Assembly (NCBI RefSeq): GCF_009914755.1
Contig: NC_060936.1
From: the human T2T-CHM13v2.0 reference genome, Homo sapiens
DNA length: 64,000 nt
Reading direction: 5' to 3' (one strand)
Shown: one piece after another, positions 12,595 through 27,229 of the stretch
How the letters are laid out: each line of letters starts with the position of its first letter
Position numbering within the stretch: position 1 is the stretch's first letter
Program-made: the position numbers and the translations under genes
The notes under the pieces: model-generated
What the model was told of the DNA's origin: nothing
Database searches by the model: none
The model's input: the letters and a program-made list of their open reading frames with translations, nothing else

Positions 12595-13242
12595 TGAGCC
12601 AGCTGAAAAGAACAGAGATCTCAGAGCAGAATTATGTAATAAACAATTGTGGCACTATAAAGCAACTGGAGTGTTTAGTAGATGTTATTGGCAAAACTTT
12701 TTCATATTTATGTGGAAAAAACTAGATTCGTACCTAAACTACTCAAAAAGACAGCACTAGAAAGATGAAATAAAAATGTGAAAATTAGGACTGTGCTGGT
12801 AACAGAAAGAAAATAGTGTAAATATTTTTGTAGCTTAATAAAAAGTAAAAACATTTTAACTAATACTTCAAAAGCAGAAACTATAAAGCAAAAATGGATC
12901 AATTTGATTACATCAAAACTCATGATTTCTGTTTACAAAGGACAGCTTGAACAAAGTTAACAGATGAGACAGTGGAAAGAGATATTCTGATTGCCTAACA
13001 AGAACTAATGTCAGAACATAGAAAAAAATCTGTGCATAAAATTTAAAAATAAATCGCAGATCTCCAGGTAAAGAAAAATGAATGAGAAATAAATGCTATA
13101 TTGAGTAAAGAAGAAAACAAAAGGACTAAGAAATACATGAGAAGGTGGTCACAGCCACTAGTTATCAGAAAACTATAAATTAAAATTACTTAATTATTAC
13201 TTTGTGCTTCCTATACTGGCAAAGTTTAACAAGTTGTATATG

Positions 13243-13500
13243 TGAGTCAGAATGGGTTAGGTTATGCTGTGGCAAGAAGCAACACACAAATTCTAATGAC
13301 TTCCAAAAGAAGCTTTATATTTTGCTTATGCTGTTTGTATATATTAGACCAATGGGTCAGTTTGGCTCACTTCATCTTCTTTTAGGCCTAAGACTTATGG
13401 GCTGTCCACAATCTAGAATGTTATTGGTTGCAGTGTCAAAGGCAAAGAAGACAACTCAGGCATCAGCTCTCATGCTACTTCTGTACATATTCCATTGCTC
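13243..13500 (-). mobile_element. Old MLT1-type LTR fragment
   Basis: 'gtcagaatgggttaggttatgctgtggcaa...acaaattctaatgactt'. Confidence 0.55.
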
Positions 13501-15412
13501 ACCTAGACAAAGGAAATAAATGACACATTGAGTAAAGGAGAAAATGAAAAGACTAAGTAATGTTGTGAATCGGAAATACTGGAGAACCTCAGTACATTGC
13601 TAGGTAATTCCAGGTGTTAATATAATGTGAATATAGATAGGATGTAGCGGTGGAAATGTACACTGATATTGATATTCTAGAGGGAAACCTGGAAGCACAT
13701 AGTCAAAATAGCTGTATTTATACTGTATCACCCAGCAATTCTTGTTCTAGGTATGTAACTCAAATAAATCCACACAACGGACCCTGAGGTGGTGTGATAT
13801 GTCATGTAAGTTTTGGCATTATTAGATGAGCTGGCTGCAATCTAGGTGTCTATCACTAGAAGTGGATAGGCAAAAATGCTGTACTTACACACACTAGAGC
13901 ACCACGCAACAGTCAGAAGGAATGGAGTAGACATTCATAAAGCATACTCGAAAGCATAGTGTCAAGAAGAAAAATAAGAAATAATTACAATATATGGCAT
14001 GATATGACATTATGACATTCATTCAAAATAACAATACATGTTTCAAAAGCGTAGTTACAAGACCAAATAGATATGCCTTAAACATGTTAGAATTATTGAG
14101 CATGAAGAGAAGGGAGAAAACAAAGTGAGAAGTGGACATAAAGGAGTGTGTATAAATGAATACATCACAGAGGGACTTTGTGAAAGCCAGTGATGAAAGA
14201 GATAAAATCAATGACCTGGACATACAGTCCAACAGAACAAGACAAGCAAGCAAAACAACCAGTAAAACTTCAGAGAATTATTTCAACTAAATTGTAAAGC
14301 AAACCTCCACACAAACATCATTGTCTTGAAATTTCCCACACTGTCATAGGACAGCTTTTGCCTTTGGCACAATGAATATTTGGGCAGCTATCAAGGAGTC
14401 CTTGGAAGAACAGCAGTAAAGTTTCTAATACTCCAAAGAGCAGCATGTAAAACTGGTGGGGACCTCCTGGAACCTAGTAGAGTGGAAACACTGGCAGGGA
14501 CTGGAGCTAAGGGAAATGGAGAAGGCAAAATTCATTTTGCACTGAAGGGGCAATGGCATCGTTGTTTCGCCACCTGGCAAAAACTTTGTAGGCCAGTGAA
14601 GCGAAGCCCAGTGAAGAAGCAGTCACAAGGGCAGGAACCTAGAGGTTCCAAGGAGTTCAGGGAAGAACACAGCATTTATTTGAGTAGTGTGAATGCTCTG
14701 GTAGATCTCTCAAATACCTAAAAATAATTGGCAAAACCCACAGGAGTGCAGGTGGGATGTTAACAGCAAGGGATAAAGGAGTCTAAAAAACTCAGGTGTC
14801 ATATTAAACTAATATCTCTGGTCACTGGCTTGGAGATATTTGGGTTACATATAGTTAAAAATGGTGCCTAAAGTAATATATTCTTCAAATATTCAGAAAA
14901 TCCCCTTATATAAATAAAATTCTCCATTTTGATGTTATTATGAATATAAAGCATTAATGTGACTGAATAAATGCTCCATTAATTCATCCTAATCTTTTCA
15001 GTTAAATGTGAATGTGTAGCTGTTATAGTGAAACAGTAGCAAACAGTTTGTGTAAGATTACAATAACGGGAGAGAAAAAGTTGAGTCTTTCCTGAGAACA
15101 TAAATATATACAAGCTGGGTGTCTGTCTCCAGATTAGTATTTCAGAAAAAGAGGGAGAGACAGCATACCAAGAAATACTGTAAGAAAAAAATGATTGGTT
15201 AATCCATTCTGTATGTCAAAAGAAATTAAGAAAGGGTCTCAAAATCACACTGAGGCTGAAATCTTCAGAGACAGGAAAAATAGTGCCATCATTACCACTA
15301 ACGTGAAAACAAAGAAGAGAGAATACTTGGAGAGAAATATTATAATTTTAGTTTTTTAAAAAATTGTCAATATCTGAGGCTCAGCACATTCAAAAATCAA
15401 GGGATAATCGAA

Positions 15413-15692
15413 AACACAAGGACAGAAAACCAAACACCGCATGTTCTCACTCATAAGTGGGAATTGAACAATGAGAACACATGGACACAGGGAGGGGAAT
15501 ATCACACATGGGGGCCTGTCGGGGGGTGAGGGGCTGGGGGAGGGATAGCATTAGGAGAAATACCTAATGTAGATGAGAGGTTGATGGGTGAAGCAAACCA
15601 CCATGCCATGTGTATACCTATGTAAGAAACCTGCACGTTCCACACATGTATCCCAGAACTTAAAGTATAATTTAGGAAAAAAAGAATAAAAA
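15413..15692 (+). mobile_element. 5'-truncated L1PA 3'UTR with poly(A) and TSD
   Basis: 'cagaaaaccaaacaccgcatgttctcactcataagtggg...cccagaacttaaagtataa'; TSD 'gaaaacacaagg' at 15410-15421 and 15693-15704. Confidence 0.95.
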
Positions 15693-16601
15693 GAAAACAC
15701 AAGGGAGAGATGTCAAAGAGACAAGATATCAATGTGAAGTGATGAGTTCCATTCCTTGGTAACTCTCTGCTGCCACAGATTTTAATATTATGAAGTTGGG
15801 AAAGAAGTCTTCAATCTGCAAAGTATGTAATTATACATGTAATTAAATATGTAATGTATGCCTTTACCAATTCAATATTACAGGCTCTAATTTATATATA
15901 AAGAATAGTGGAGAAGCAGAAGAAAAATGAGACAAGAAGCAAAAGACATAGATTTCACCATAGACCAAGACTTGAGTATCTTTTGGCAAAGAATTTTGCT
16001 TATAACCTCCAATTTCCTGGGCTATGAGATGGAAATAATGGTATGATTATATATGTCAGGGTTGTTAAGTACTCAAATAAAATCACCTGTTTTGTTAAAG
16101 TCCTTTCTCAGTGGAAATGTGCTACAAAAACATTACTTATTGGTATTATTCTAAAATGTTCTTAACAGTGTTTCTTCTCCTATAAGCTGTATTTAGTTGG
16201 AATGTCAAATCCTAGGACTGTCCACTGCATAGCCAGAGAATATTTAATAAGCCAAATCTTAGATAGTATAATATAATCGAACGTGCTAATAACTATTACA
16301 GAAATTGTTCCTGTTAAAGAGATCACTGGAAACGAGGAAAAGATAAAATCAGGAAAAGTGTTTACACCAGACTTCCACAGACAAATAAAAGGTGAGATGT
16401 TTAGATTCTTGAGCCAAAATACAATAATATACAGGAGTTATAATTTTTTAAATAAAATCTAAGATATATTTAATTCTGAAGTTTTCAAACTGAACTTTAG
16501 AATCATATTGACACTTATAGTTGAACATTTACATTTCAATCAATTTTTAAATATCCTAGATATGAAGGAAAGCATTATATTTTAAAAATGAGTGTGGTTG
16601 C

Positions 16602-16968
16602 TGTATTAGTTTATTCTCACACTGCAAGAAAGAAATACCTGAGACTGGGTAATTTATAAAGGAAAGAGGTTTAATTCACTCAGTTCTGCACGGGAGGCCT
16701 CAGGAAACTTACAATCATGGTGGAAGGAGAAGCCAATATATCCTTCTTCACATGGTGGCAGGAAGGAGAAGTGTGGAGCAAAGGGGGAAAAGCTCCCTAT
16801 AAAAGCATCAGATCTCACAAGAACTCACTCACTATCACGAGAACAGCATGAGGGTAATGGCCCCCATGATTCAATTACCTCCCACCTGGTCTCTCTCATG
16901 ACATGTGGGGGTTATGGGAACTACAGTTCAAGATGAGATTTGGGTGGGGACACAGCCAAACCATATCA
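16602..16968 (-). mobile_element. THE1 (C/D-like) MaLR solo LTR
   Basis: 'tgtattagtttattctcac...gagatttgggtggggacacagccaaaccatatca'. Confidence 0.95.
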
Positions 16969-17009
16969 CTTGTTAAAGTTGAATTTAAAAAAAAAAAAAA
17001 AAAGGTAAT

Positions 17010-17327
17010 GGCCGGGCGCAGTAGCTCACACCTGTAATCTCAGCACTTTGGGAGACCGAGGTGGGTGGGTCACGAGGTCAGGAGATTGAGACCATCCTGG
17101 CTAACATGGTGAAACCCCATCTCTACTAAAAATACAAAAATTAGTCAGACGTGGTGGCAGGTGCCTGTAGCCCCAGCTACTCAGGAGGCTGAGGCAGAAG
17201 AATGGCATGATCCCGGGAGGCACAGCTTGCAGTGAGCCGAGATGGTGCCACTGCACTCCAGCCTGGGAGAGCAAAAGTCCATCTCAAAAAAAAACAAAAA
17301 ACAAAAAACAAAAACAAACAAAAAAAA
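17010..17327 (+). mobile_element. Alu (AluY-like), full length
   Basis: 'ggccgggcgca...gagaccatcctggctaaca...aatggcatga...cttgcagtgagccgag'; A-rich tail; 'aggtaat' on both sides. Confidence 0.95.
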
Positions 17328-17619
17328 TCAACCAGGTAATATGTTAGGCAATCACTTGTCCCAGAATAAAAATCAGTAGAATAAGTGGTTTTGACAACCA
17401 CAAACTACAGAATTAACTGTAATGCCAGTCTGGCAGATTGTATGAAAATTAATAATAATAATAATAAAACCAGCAATTTAAATAAAACTAGTTGAGTTGA
17501 TTTACATATTGATTACATATTCCAAGCAAAATAACATGTGATTGAAATACCTGACAACTTTAACCGATCCAATTTCATTTATAAAATTAAAATATAATAT
17601 TTTCATTTTAACCCATAAG

Positions 17620-18075
17620 GTCTTGTTGGGTCTCACTTGTCTATGCTATTCCATTCTCAATACATAGCAATATCACCTTCTCTCTCTTAACTCCAGTCAT
17701 AATTGCCTTTGCTTAGTGCCCTGTGTGCATTAGCCTCTTTCTGCTATTCAGAGACATCCAGCACACTCTGCCATGTTCCTTCTCCCATGCTTTGCGTTAC
17801 TAACTCCGACGTATCTTCCATGTCTTGTCTCAAGATCATTTCTTCATTGAAGTCATCCTTAACTCTCCAGACATGGCTGGCATCTCCTCCTATAATATTC
17901 CATATGTTTGTTTCTGGTATTCATTTTATAATTATTAATGTATATCTCTCCTACAAAATAATAAATTCCTTAAGAGTAGAGAACATGTATATCCTTCTCA
18001 TTACTGTAGCCTTAATATCTATCAAAGTGCTTGCCCATAATAAGGAGTATATCCTCAAATATTAAATGATGAACT
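17620..18075 (+). mobile_element. L2 3' fragment
   Basis: 'tcatttcttcattgaagtcatccttaactc...taaattccttaagagtagagaac...aaagtgcttgcccataataagg'. Confidence 0.7.
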
Positions 18076-18879
18076 AAATATCCTCTAAGTGGCAGAGATG
18101 CCATACAATCTTCAGTTCACAACTAATTTTCTTTTATGTATTACCAATAGAGAATCCAAATGCTAAATATCATTATGTAATATTTATTTTGTTGGCCATG
18201 TTGAACTAGTTATACAAAATTAATAGTAGAAGGGAAATAAGATTTACATTCAAGGGAACATTTAAGCTCAATTTGTAGAGCACGTGTGGACTGGTTACTC
18301 TATTCTCTGTTCACATTCATTCCCATCTTCATTACCCTGTGGTGGGTGAGTATTCCTATATATAAGCTGAGGACAAAGTTGTTCGAGTAAGTGTTTCAGC
18401 TTATGGTCTGCATGTGTGACATGTGATACATAAATTAAATAATAAATATATAAATAAATCGCCTATATAAAACCCTTACAATGATTTCTCAAAGCAATTT
18501 GCACTTCCATCTGTGTGAAACTCAGAAATTCCCAGAGCAGTCAGCACATAAGAACTAATCAATACCTGGCTTCGTTCCCAATATCTGCTCCTGAATTTTA
18601 TTACACTGTGGAGCTGTTGTGATCAGAGGAAAGTAAGATGCCCTATTTATAGGTGGGCTCATGTTTTCAGACCCCACCAGCCCTGTTGGTATATGATTGC
18701 TTTCAGAGAAAAGAGTGATAAGACAGTACCAGTACCATGCTTAAATGTGATTAGTCTTTAAAATTTCAGAAGGGAGAAAGTCTTTCTAAAACAATGGAGT
18801 TTTGGAAAATGTCATATATAAAGCAAGTCTGAGAAATATTTCAACTGAGCCCAGTCACTTATGGTGTGAATATAAGTAG

Positions 18880-19045
18880 GAAGGCAGCACAGTGAAGCAG
18901 GGTGTACTTAGAACCACATGATCTAATTGAATCCCTATGTTCACTTTCGAATAGTTGCTTGACTTCAAGTATATTTTTGAGCACTTGAGCTTTACTTCCT
19001 TCATGTGTTAAATTGGGAATATAAAAATTACAATCTCTCAGGGTT
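18880..19045 (+). mobile_element. MIR fragment
   Basis: 'ttgaatccc...ttgagctttacttccttcatgtgttaaattgggaatataaaaattacaatctctcagggtt'. Confidence 0.65.
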
Positions 19046-19066
19046 CTACTTTTTCTTTTTAAAATA

Positions 19067-19394
19067 CAGTCATCTCTCAGTATCCCTGGTGGATTGATAC
19101 CAAAACCTCCCTCTGATAACAAAATCCATGGATCCACAAGTCCCTGATACAAAATGGCATAGGATTTGCACATAAACTACACACATCCTCCTGTATACTT
19201 TAAATTATCTCTAGGTTACTTATGATACATAATAGAATGTAAATGCCATGGAAAAAGTTGTTATACTGCATTTTTCATTTGTATTTTTTTATTGTATTGT
19301 TTTTTATCGGATTTTTTTTCCTGAATTTTTCAATCCACAGTTGTTTGAATCTGGGATGTGGAATCTGTGGATACTGGATACTGAAGGCCAACTG
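19067..19394. mobile_element. MER2 (TcMar-Tigger) non-autonomous DNA transposon
   Basis: 'cagtcatctctcagtatcc...aaaatccatggat...gaaggccaactg'; imperfect terminal inverted repeats and TA on both sides. Confidence 0.9.
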
Positions 19395-21233
19395 TACTAA
19401 ATAGTACCTTCCACTTGTTGAATCCTAGGTAGTGCTAGGTACATTTACCTGTTTTCATCTAAACTTCCTGTAAAGTGGTATCAACATTTCCAGTTTACAG
19501 TGAGGCTCATAGAGGTCAAAGTCTCACAAAGAATAACTATCAGAGTTCATGATATTGAATGATATCTTTAGGGGGCCTCTATCAAAGCTGAGACCTCACA
19601 GCTGTTGCCACAGCTATTGAAGCTATGGACCAAATCCCAGCAGCTCTGAACCAAAAAACGGTTCTCAATGGCCTCTGACCTTGGACAACAATATTGTTAG
19701 CTTTAATGTATGCACCATTATGATTATCAGAGGATGCTCCTTTGTGATTTTGTAACCACCAATTCCAAGTTTGGTTTCTCCAAACATAAGGTAAATCGAC
19801 AGGAATACTCTCTAAATATGGATATTATGATAGTTGTCATTGTTCCCCTTCTACATGTATGTCATCATGTTAGAGATGTCGCAGAATTGAATTTTAAAAA
19901 AATTTACGTAAAAGGATTGTGCAACCTTGGGATCTTGAGAGGCCAAGCTCATCATATTTAAAAGTGCTCAGGGTTCGAACAAGCTCTTTCCTCAAAGCCA
20001 TCTCACCTGCATATTCCCTCTCTGTATCCTAGCAGAGACAAGGCACATGATAGTTAGTAGCACAGAGTAGGAGAACAATATGTTCAGTTCCCTCTGTGAG
20101 AAAGGAAAAAGTTATTCTAAAAGTCTGAACCCCAGAGTTTTTACATAGAAAATTTTCAGAGCACACATGGCATGTGACTAATATTTTTAGATTTAAAACA
20201 GTTTAGGGGGGAAAGTCCTGGCCTGGTTGTTAGAACACCTGGCTGTAAATCCCAGTTCTACCATCTATGGGCTGTGTAATGTTTTCCATTGTCACAAAAC
20301 ATCAGCCTGCTTCCTCATTGTGAAACAGCCATAACAATGCCTTCCTAGCCACTTTCCAGAGTGTAGTAAAGTCCAAGTGAATAAGAGAGCGTGGCAAGGA
20401 TATGATTCCCATATTTTGTTTGATTTTATATAGTAAACTCTTTTTATTATAGGCAGTATCTTCCAAAATGTGTTTTACAGAACACAAGTTTTGTAAGAAA
20501 AGCAATGGAAGTTATTTTTATAAGGGGTTTTGCCCTCAAATATGTAAAAAAATTCTGGGCTAAACAAACTTAACCCCTAACCTCAGGAATTCGCAGAGCC
20601 TCTGATGGGCTAAGGTAAATTTCCAGAAAGGGAAAATTCTATTCAATACTTTCCTAAATTCATTTAAGTTCATACCTTTTACCTTTAAGGACTTGTATTA
20701 TCTAAAACATATGAGAAACTTAGTTCTTTGAAGAAATGGATAGGTCTGAATTAGATTATCAGATAAAACCTTTCTATACATTAAAATAATGGCTCCATGC
20801 ATGATTTTCTGTGTGCCAAAAACTGTACTAAATGCTTTAAACCTTGTAACACAGTTATAAACATGATATAAACAACTTAACAATCATTTGAATTTCATGC
20901 CTTAACCTCATGTTATGTGAAGGAAACAAAAAGGTCAAAAGTAGGCCCCTGTTTGATGAGTAACTGTGACATCATCCAAGTACAATAAAAAATGGCAGAA
21001 CCTCAAAAGAATATTGAGATACAGATTAACCTTTCAAGAATATGTATTCAAGTCAATTTAACAGTTTTATACAGAATTTCAAGATTTTAGGGATTTTTTT
21101 TTCACATAAAGCTATCTAATTTTATCTCATCCAACTCAGTTTATTTTTACATTAAATTATTTAAGAATATTGGTGTGATCCATAAAAATAGAATAAGTGA
21201 ATATTATAAAATCTCTTAAAACATACCGAATGT

Positions 21234-21557
<324 letters not shown>

Positions 21558-21979
21558 TCAAAAGTTTTAAATTCAGTCATTTACAAAAAACACCAAATAG
21601 AGGCATTGAGTATAGAATTATTCCATTACTAAGACTGATCTAACGCCAAACAGCTTTGATCAGCAGTGTTCGTATTTTTTTAACTAAAAAAATACTCTCT
21701 TTAAATAATATTTTACAAAGATATCTATATGTTAAATGAAAATAGACAGAACTTGTCTGCGAGAAGCAAGAGTGGAAGGCTGGAAAAGCTACCTTCTCAG
21801 ACTATCCCTTTTACCAACTTCTCTAGCCCCTGAAGTCTGACAAAAGGCCCCAGGGTCCTCTATGAGCCTGTGAACCACTGATCCACATAACATTTCAGAC
21901 AAAAACTGGGGAAAGGTGATTTTTCTCTGTTACTTAAGCTGAAACATAATACTAAGCACACGCATAAGGGCATGAAAAA

Positions 21980-22165
21980 AGCATTTTAAAGCTGGAAAAG
22001 ATCTTGATAATCAAAAAGTCCAATGTCTACCAATGTTATGAATGATGAAATATGCCCAGAGAATTGTACTGATTTGTCCAGGATCACACAGCTAATTAGG
22101 GGCAGAGTCAGAAATGAAATATCTGCCTCCTGACACAGTCTGGTGCTCTCCTTAACACACTACAT
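21980..22165 (-). mobile_element. MIR/MIR3 fragment
   Basis: 'gatttgtccaggatcacacagctaattaggggcagagtcagaaatgaaa'. Confidence 0.75.
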
Positions 22166-23559
22166 GGACGTGCATAAATCATTTGGAGGTAGAATAATTT
22201 TCCAAAATGCTTTATCATGAGAGAAAAGGTATAAAATATATTAAGAATGTATCAGACCGTTCCTTCAATTTGAGGCATAAGTATAATATCTCCAGTGAAC
22301 CAATACAGTAATCAGTGCATGTTTATGCATCCTGAAGTCTCCTTCTGGCGCCATGACATTTCTCTGCACAGAAAAGCACGGAGAGGGGATCTACATATCA
22401 CCCCCTCACCTCTACTATAGTGGGGAAGCCACTACTCAGCTGAGTGCTTTTGTCATTAGTCCTTCTCACCATCCAGAACACATGCTGAACAACTGCCCCA
22501 GAGACGATCCTTCAGCATTTCCAAAGGTTTACATTGCACATAATCAAAGTACTTCAAATATCAAGGATCATAGCAATTTAATATTCTCAGCTTATTCCAG
22601 AATGTTCCAAGTACTTAGAAAATGATTCCGAAAATAATGACATTTTTCATGAGAACATTTTCCTTTCCACCTCTTATATTTTAATGTATTTAATACGAAC
22701 ATATGCATGTGCATTCTTGTCATCTTTTCTGCTCTTATTCCATTTTTTTTTTTCTGAAGAAAGAAGATCCCTTTGGAGAAATCAATAAAGATCTGCTACC
22801 TAAGTGAGGATAAAATTTTCTTCCTTAAAAGTATCACATTAACTCAAATTTCAGAAAGATGATACAGTGGCAATATTTTGATCATCCCTTCGGCTCTAAA
22901 CAAATAGCAATGATAGATAAAATATAAAAAAGATATGCCTTGGCTCAAACACAAGATAAACTACTTTGTGACAAGAAATGAGAGAATGTGCAGAGATGGT
23001 ACTGTGGAATGGTCAAGGTTCACATCCAGAAGCAAACAGTGGAAGCCAAGAGTTTGACTCCTGTCAGAATAAGAAAATTAAGAGTATTCTTTGTGGTATT
23101 TGGGAGCTGACTTCTGCCTTTCTCAGTGAAGCCAGAGTCCTCACCTAATAAAAAGAGCCTGAGAAAGACTGTTCCATTGCAGGGGCTGTGGCACATGGTG
23201 TGATCCAGGTCTACAGGGGCACATGGTGAGCGGCAGGCCTATAGGGCAGGAGGATATAGACAGCTTTGAGCTGAACCAACCCAAACCCTCACTGGGTAGC
23301 TTCATTTGGATTTTCCCTCATACCTTCAGGATAAAATATCACAATTAGAAGAATGGTTTTTAATTCAGCCCCTGAAAGGAAGCCTTTGCTAGAAAATGAT
23401 GGATGAGGGTAGAAGAGCAAAGAGAAAGAGGAAAACAAGAAGATAAAAACAAAATAAAAAAAAAACACACCCCCCTCTACACGCTATAAAAAAGTCTGTT
23501 AAACTGAAGGCAGAAACACATATTTGCAAAGCTTTCAATAAAACTTTCAGTGAAACTTT

Positions 23560-23620
23560 ATTTATAAAAACACACAGTGGGCTGGATTTGTTTCACAGGC
23601 CATAGTTTGCCAACCTCTGA
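23560..23620. mobile_element. MER58-like hAT-Charlie end fragment
   Basis: 'gggctggatttg...caggccatagtttgccaacctctga'. Confidence 0.7.
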
Positions 23621-24299
23621 CTTGGAAGATTATTATGAAAAGTCCAACAAGTAAATGCTAAAGTCCTGAATGGAGCTTTGAGCATTGTGATCTTAATACC
23701 TTGTCCTTATTTACAAAATATCTGAAAATGTTTCATAAAAATATTAGTTAAAAAAGTTTTAAATGGATGATGAAGATTGCAGTGAAATAAGCTATCCCTC
23801 CTCAGGGGTTAGAAAACTGGGAGCACATATCCAGAGATAACATGACCAGCACCTGCTAATCCTAACTGAGTTTCATTTTAAATGGTCACACAATACAAGG
23901 AAGAAAAGCCTTGAGTCTGTTCATGGTGAGAACGTCAGACAGAGACTCCCACATAAAATGAAGACTCTCAAAGACATAGCCCTTGTATAAATTGTGACTC
24001 ATTAACAACAATGACAAAAAATTTCCACAAAAAGGACCAGGGCGGAAATTGTTCTATCTGGACTTTAGCTCTTGGTGGAGGAGACATATCAAGTGTTCTT
24101 AAGTCAACTGTAATACTTTTTTTGTATTATGAATTCACACTACCTAAAGGATATAAAAAAATCTCGAGTAGAGAATTGGATTTAGGTTGCTGCTGCCAGG
24201 TTGGTAGTGCCCCTTACCCCATGTTCTTTGAAAAGAGAAAAATAAACCCTTTCTGAATAATGCATTTTAAATACAGGTCTTAAAGAAGGCCCACAAATA

Positions 24300-26055
24300 A
24301 AATTTTAATATGTATGAAATCACTAATTTTTTTTAATTACAAAGCATGCCCCCAAAAAATACCAAGAGGGAGAGTAAGCAGAAAAATAGCTTAAGAATGA
24401 GGCCTGCAGAGACTTCATACATTGAAATTAACAGAAAGATGATATGCTTAATATGATTGAATAAATAAAAGAAGAAATTAAAAGCATAGATAAGGAGTAA
24501 TAATCAATAAAAAATAATCACACATATTTGAAAAAGAACCAAAGATATATAGATGGACAGATACAGATGTAGACATGTAGGTCTTTCTATCCATGCCTAT
24601 CAACACGGCTAACTATGGAGCTGTTTCTACTTCAACTTATTGCGGATTACAAAAGCTATGGTTGAGAAGCTTTGCAGAGCTGCTAGTAGACATATGGAGC
24701 TGAAGAGGCAAAAACTGGCATTCAGAGATCTACAGGTATAGAGTCTCTCAGCTGGGAACCTTTAAAAGCTATGTCCTAAGATAAAGGTGAATTGGAAGTA
24801 GACCAGTCCTCCCCCAAAATCTCAAAGCCTAATTTCATGCCCTTTCAATCCATCATAAAGAAATTTTCATCCAAAAATTTTCCCACTCTGAATAAAGATA
24901 ACATCCTGTGGATATCATGTTATTTCATATTTTTTGTTATAATGTTTCATACTTTTTAAAAAATGGTTAGACAAATAAAAAGCTAGTCTTGAGCAAAAAC
25001 TAAAAGAAAATAAAGCAATACAAGAAAGAGATCCAGATACTGGCATACTCGAACACAGATTCTTAAATGACTACAATTTATATACTAAAAGAGTTAAATG
25101 ATAAGATGGATAATTCTGGTGGAGAATTGGAAACTATCAAGATGAATCAAATGAAATTAGAAAATTAAAGTACAATACCTAAAATTAAGTACTTGGTGGA
25201 TGAGTCTACTAGTAGTTCAATCACAGCTGAACAGAAAATTAGTAAAACTGGAAGATACCCAAAATAAAATACTGAGAGATAAGATGGAAAATACAGGAAA
25301 AAGTACTATAAACCGATAGGCTCTGGTGAATTCAAAATGACTAAATTAACTAGCCACAAAGAATCTCACAGCATATTACTGAACATAATAAGAGTAATTC
25401 ACATAAATACTTATAACAGTATTTATTTATGTTGTAAAATTACAAAACTGAAAAAAAAATTTAAATTTTCCTTACTAGAACAAGTCTAAGGAAAAGAGAA
25501 TAATATATGCTCAATTCAGGATAGAGGTTACCATTGAGAAGTAAGAGGGATGAGCTCATGGTGGGCCACACAGGGAGCTACAGCAACATTGTTAACCTCT
25601 ATGGTGGGTACAGAGATCTCTGTTATATTATCTTTAATATAATAAAAGATAACTTAATTTTCTGTTACATATGAAATATATTATACTAAATAAATGCATC
25701 CAACAAAATTAACAATAGAAACAGAAGTTTACTCTAGATAAAACAACATAAAATTTAAAATAAAAATTATTGGTATATACAAACAAATTAATAAAAACAA
25801 TGAAATTCAAGCTAGCAGAAATGAAATAAGAACATACAGCTATGTAAAATAATTAGAACTCTTGAAAATTTTAAAAAATACTGTAATTAAAATATTCAGA
25901 AAAATTCAGATTGGACACAAAGAGTTAACTGGTTAATTGAAACATAGTGAAAGGGCGCTCACTTGGAATCTGGGGCAGACAGAAAGGAATAAAACTATGA
26001 AAGAACAATTAAGAGTCACAGAGGATAGATTGAGAACCTTCAGTGTTTCTTATTT
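24300..26055 (+). mobile_element. Fragmented old L1M 5'/ORF1 and 3' relics
   Basis: 'agaattggaaactat...aatcaaatgaaatt...acagctgaacagaaaattagtaaaactggaagata', 'attaagagtcacagaggatagattgagaa'. Boundaries approximate. Confidence 0.6.
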
Positions 26056-26066
26056 ATGAAAATGGA

Positions 26067-27229
<1,163 letters not shown>

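Larger units (their letters stand above)
11880..14180 (+). mobile_element. Old L1M ORF2-3'/3'UTR relic, interrupted by two MaLR LTRs
   Basis: 'ggtattccatgctc...atgtcaatctcctccaagttg', 'atggatcaatttgattacatcaaaa', 'cccagcaattcttgttctaggtat'. Confidence 0.7.

Noticed and set aside
15509-15545. G-quadruplex motif
   Set aside because: Standard feature of L1PA 3'UTRs, not locus-specific.
18270-18400. Possible exon with donor-like GGTGAGT and AGTAAGT and a TATA-like word
   Set aside because: No convincing acceptor or ORF; such motifs are expected by chance.
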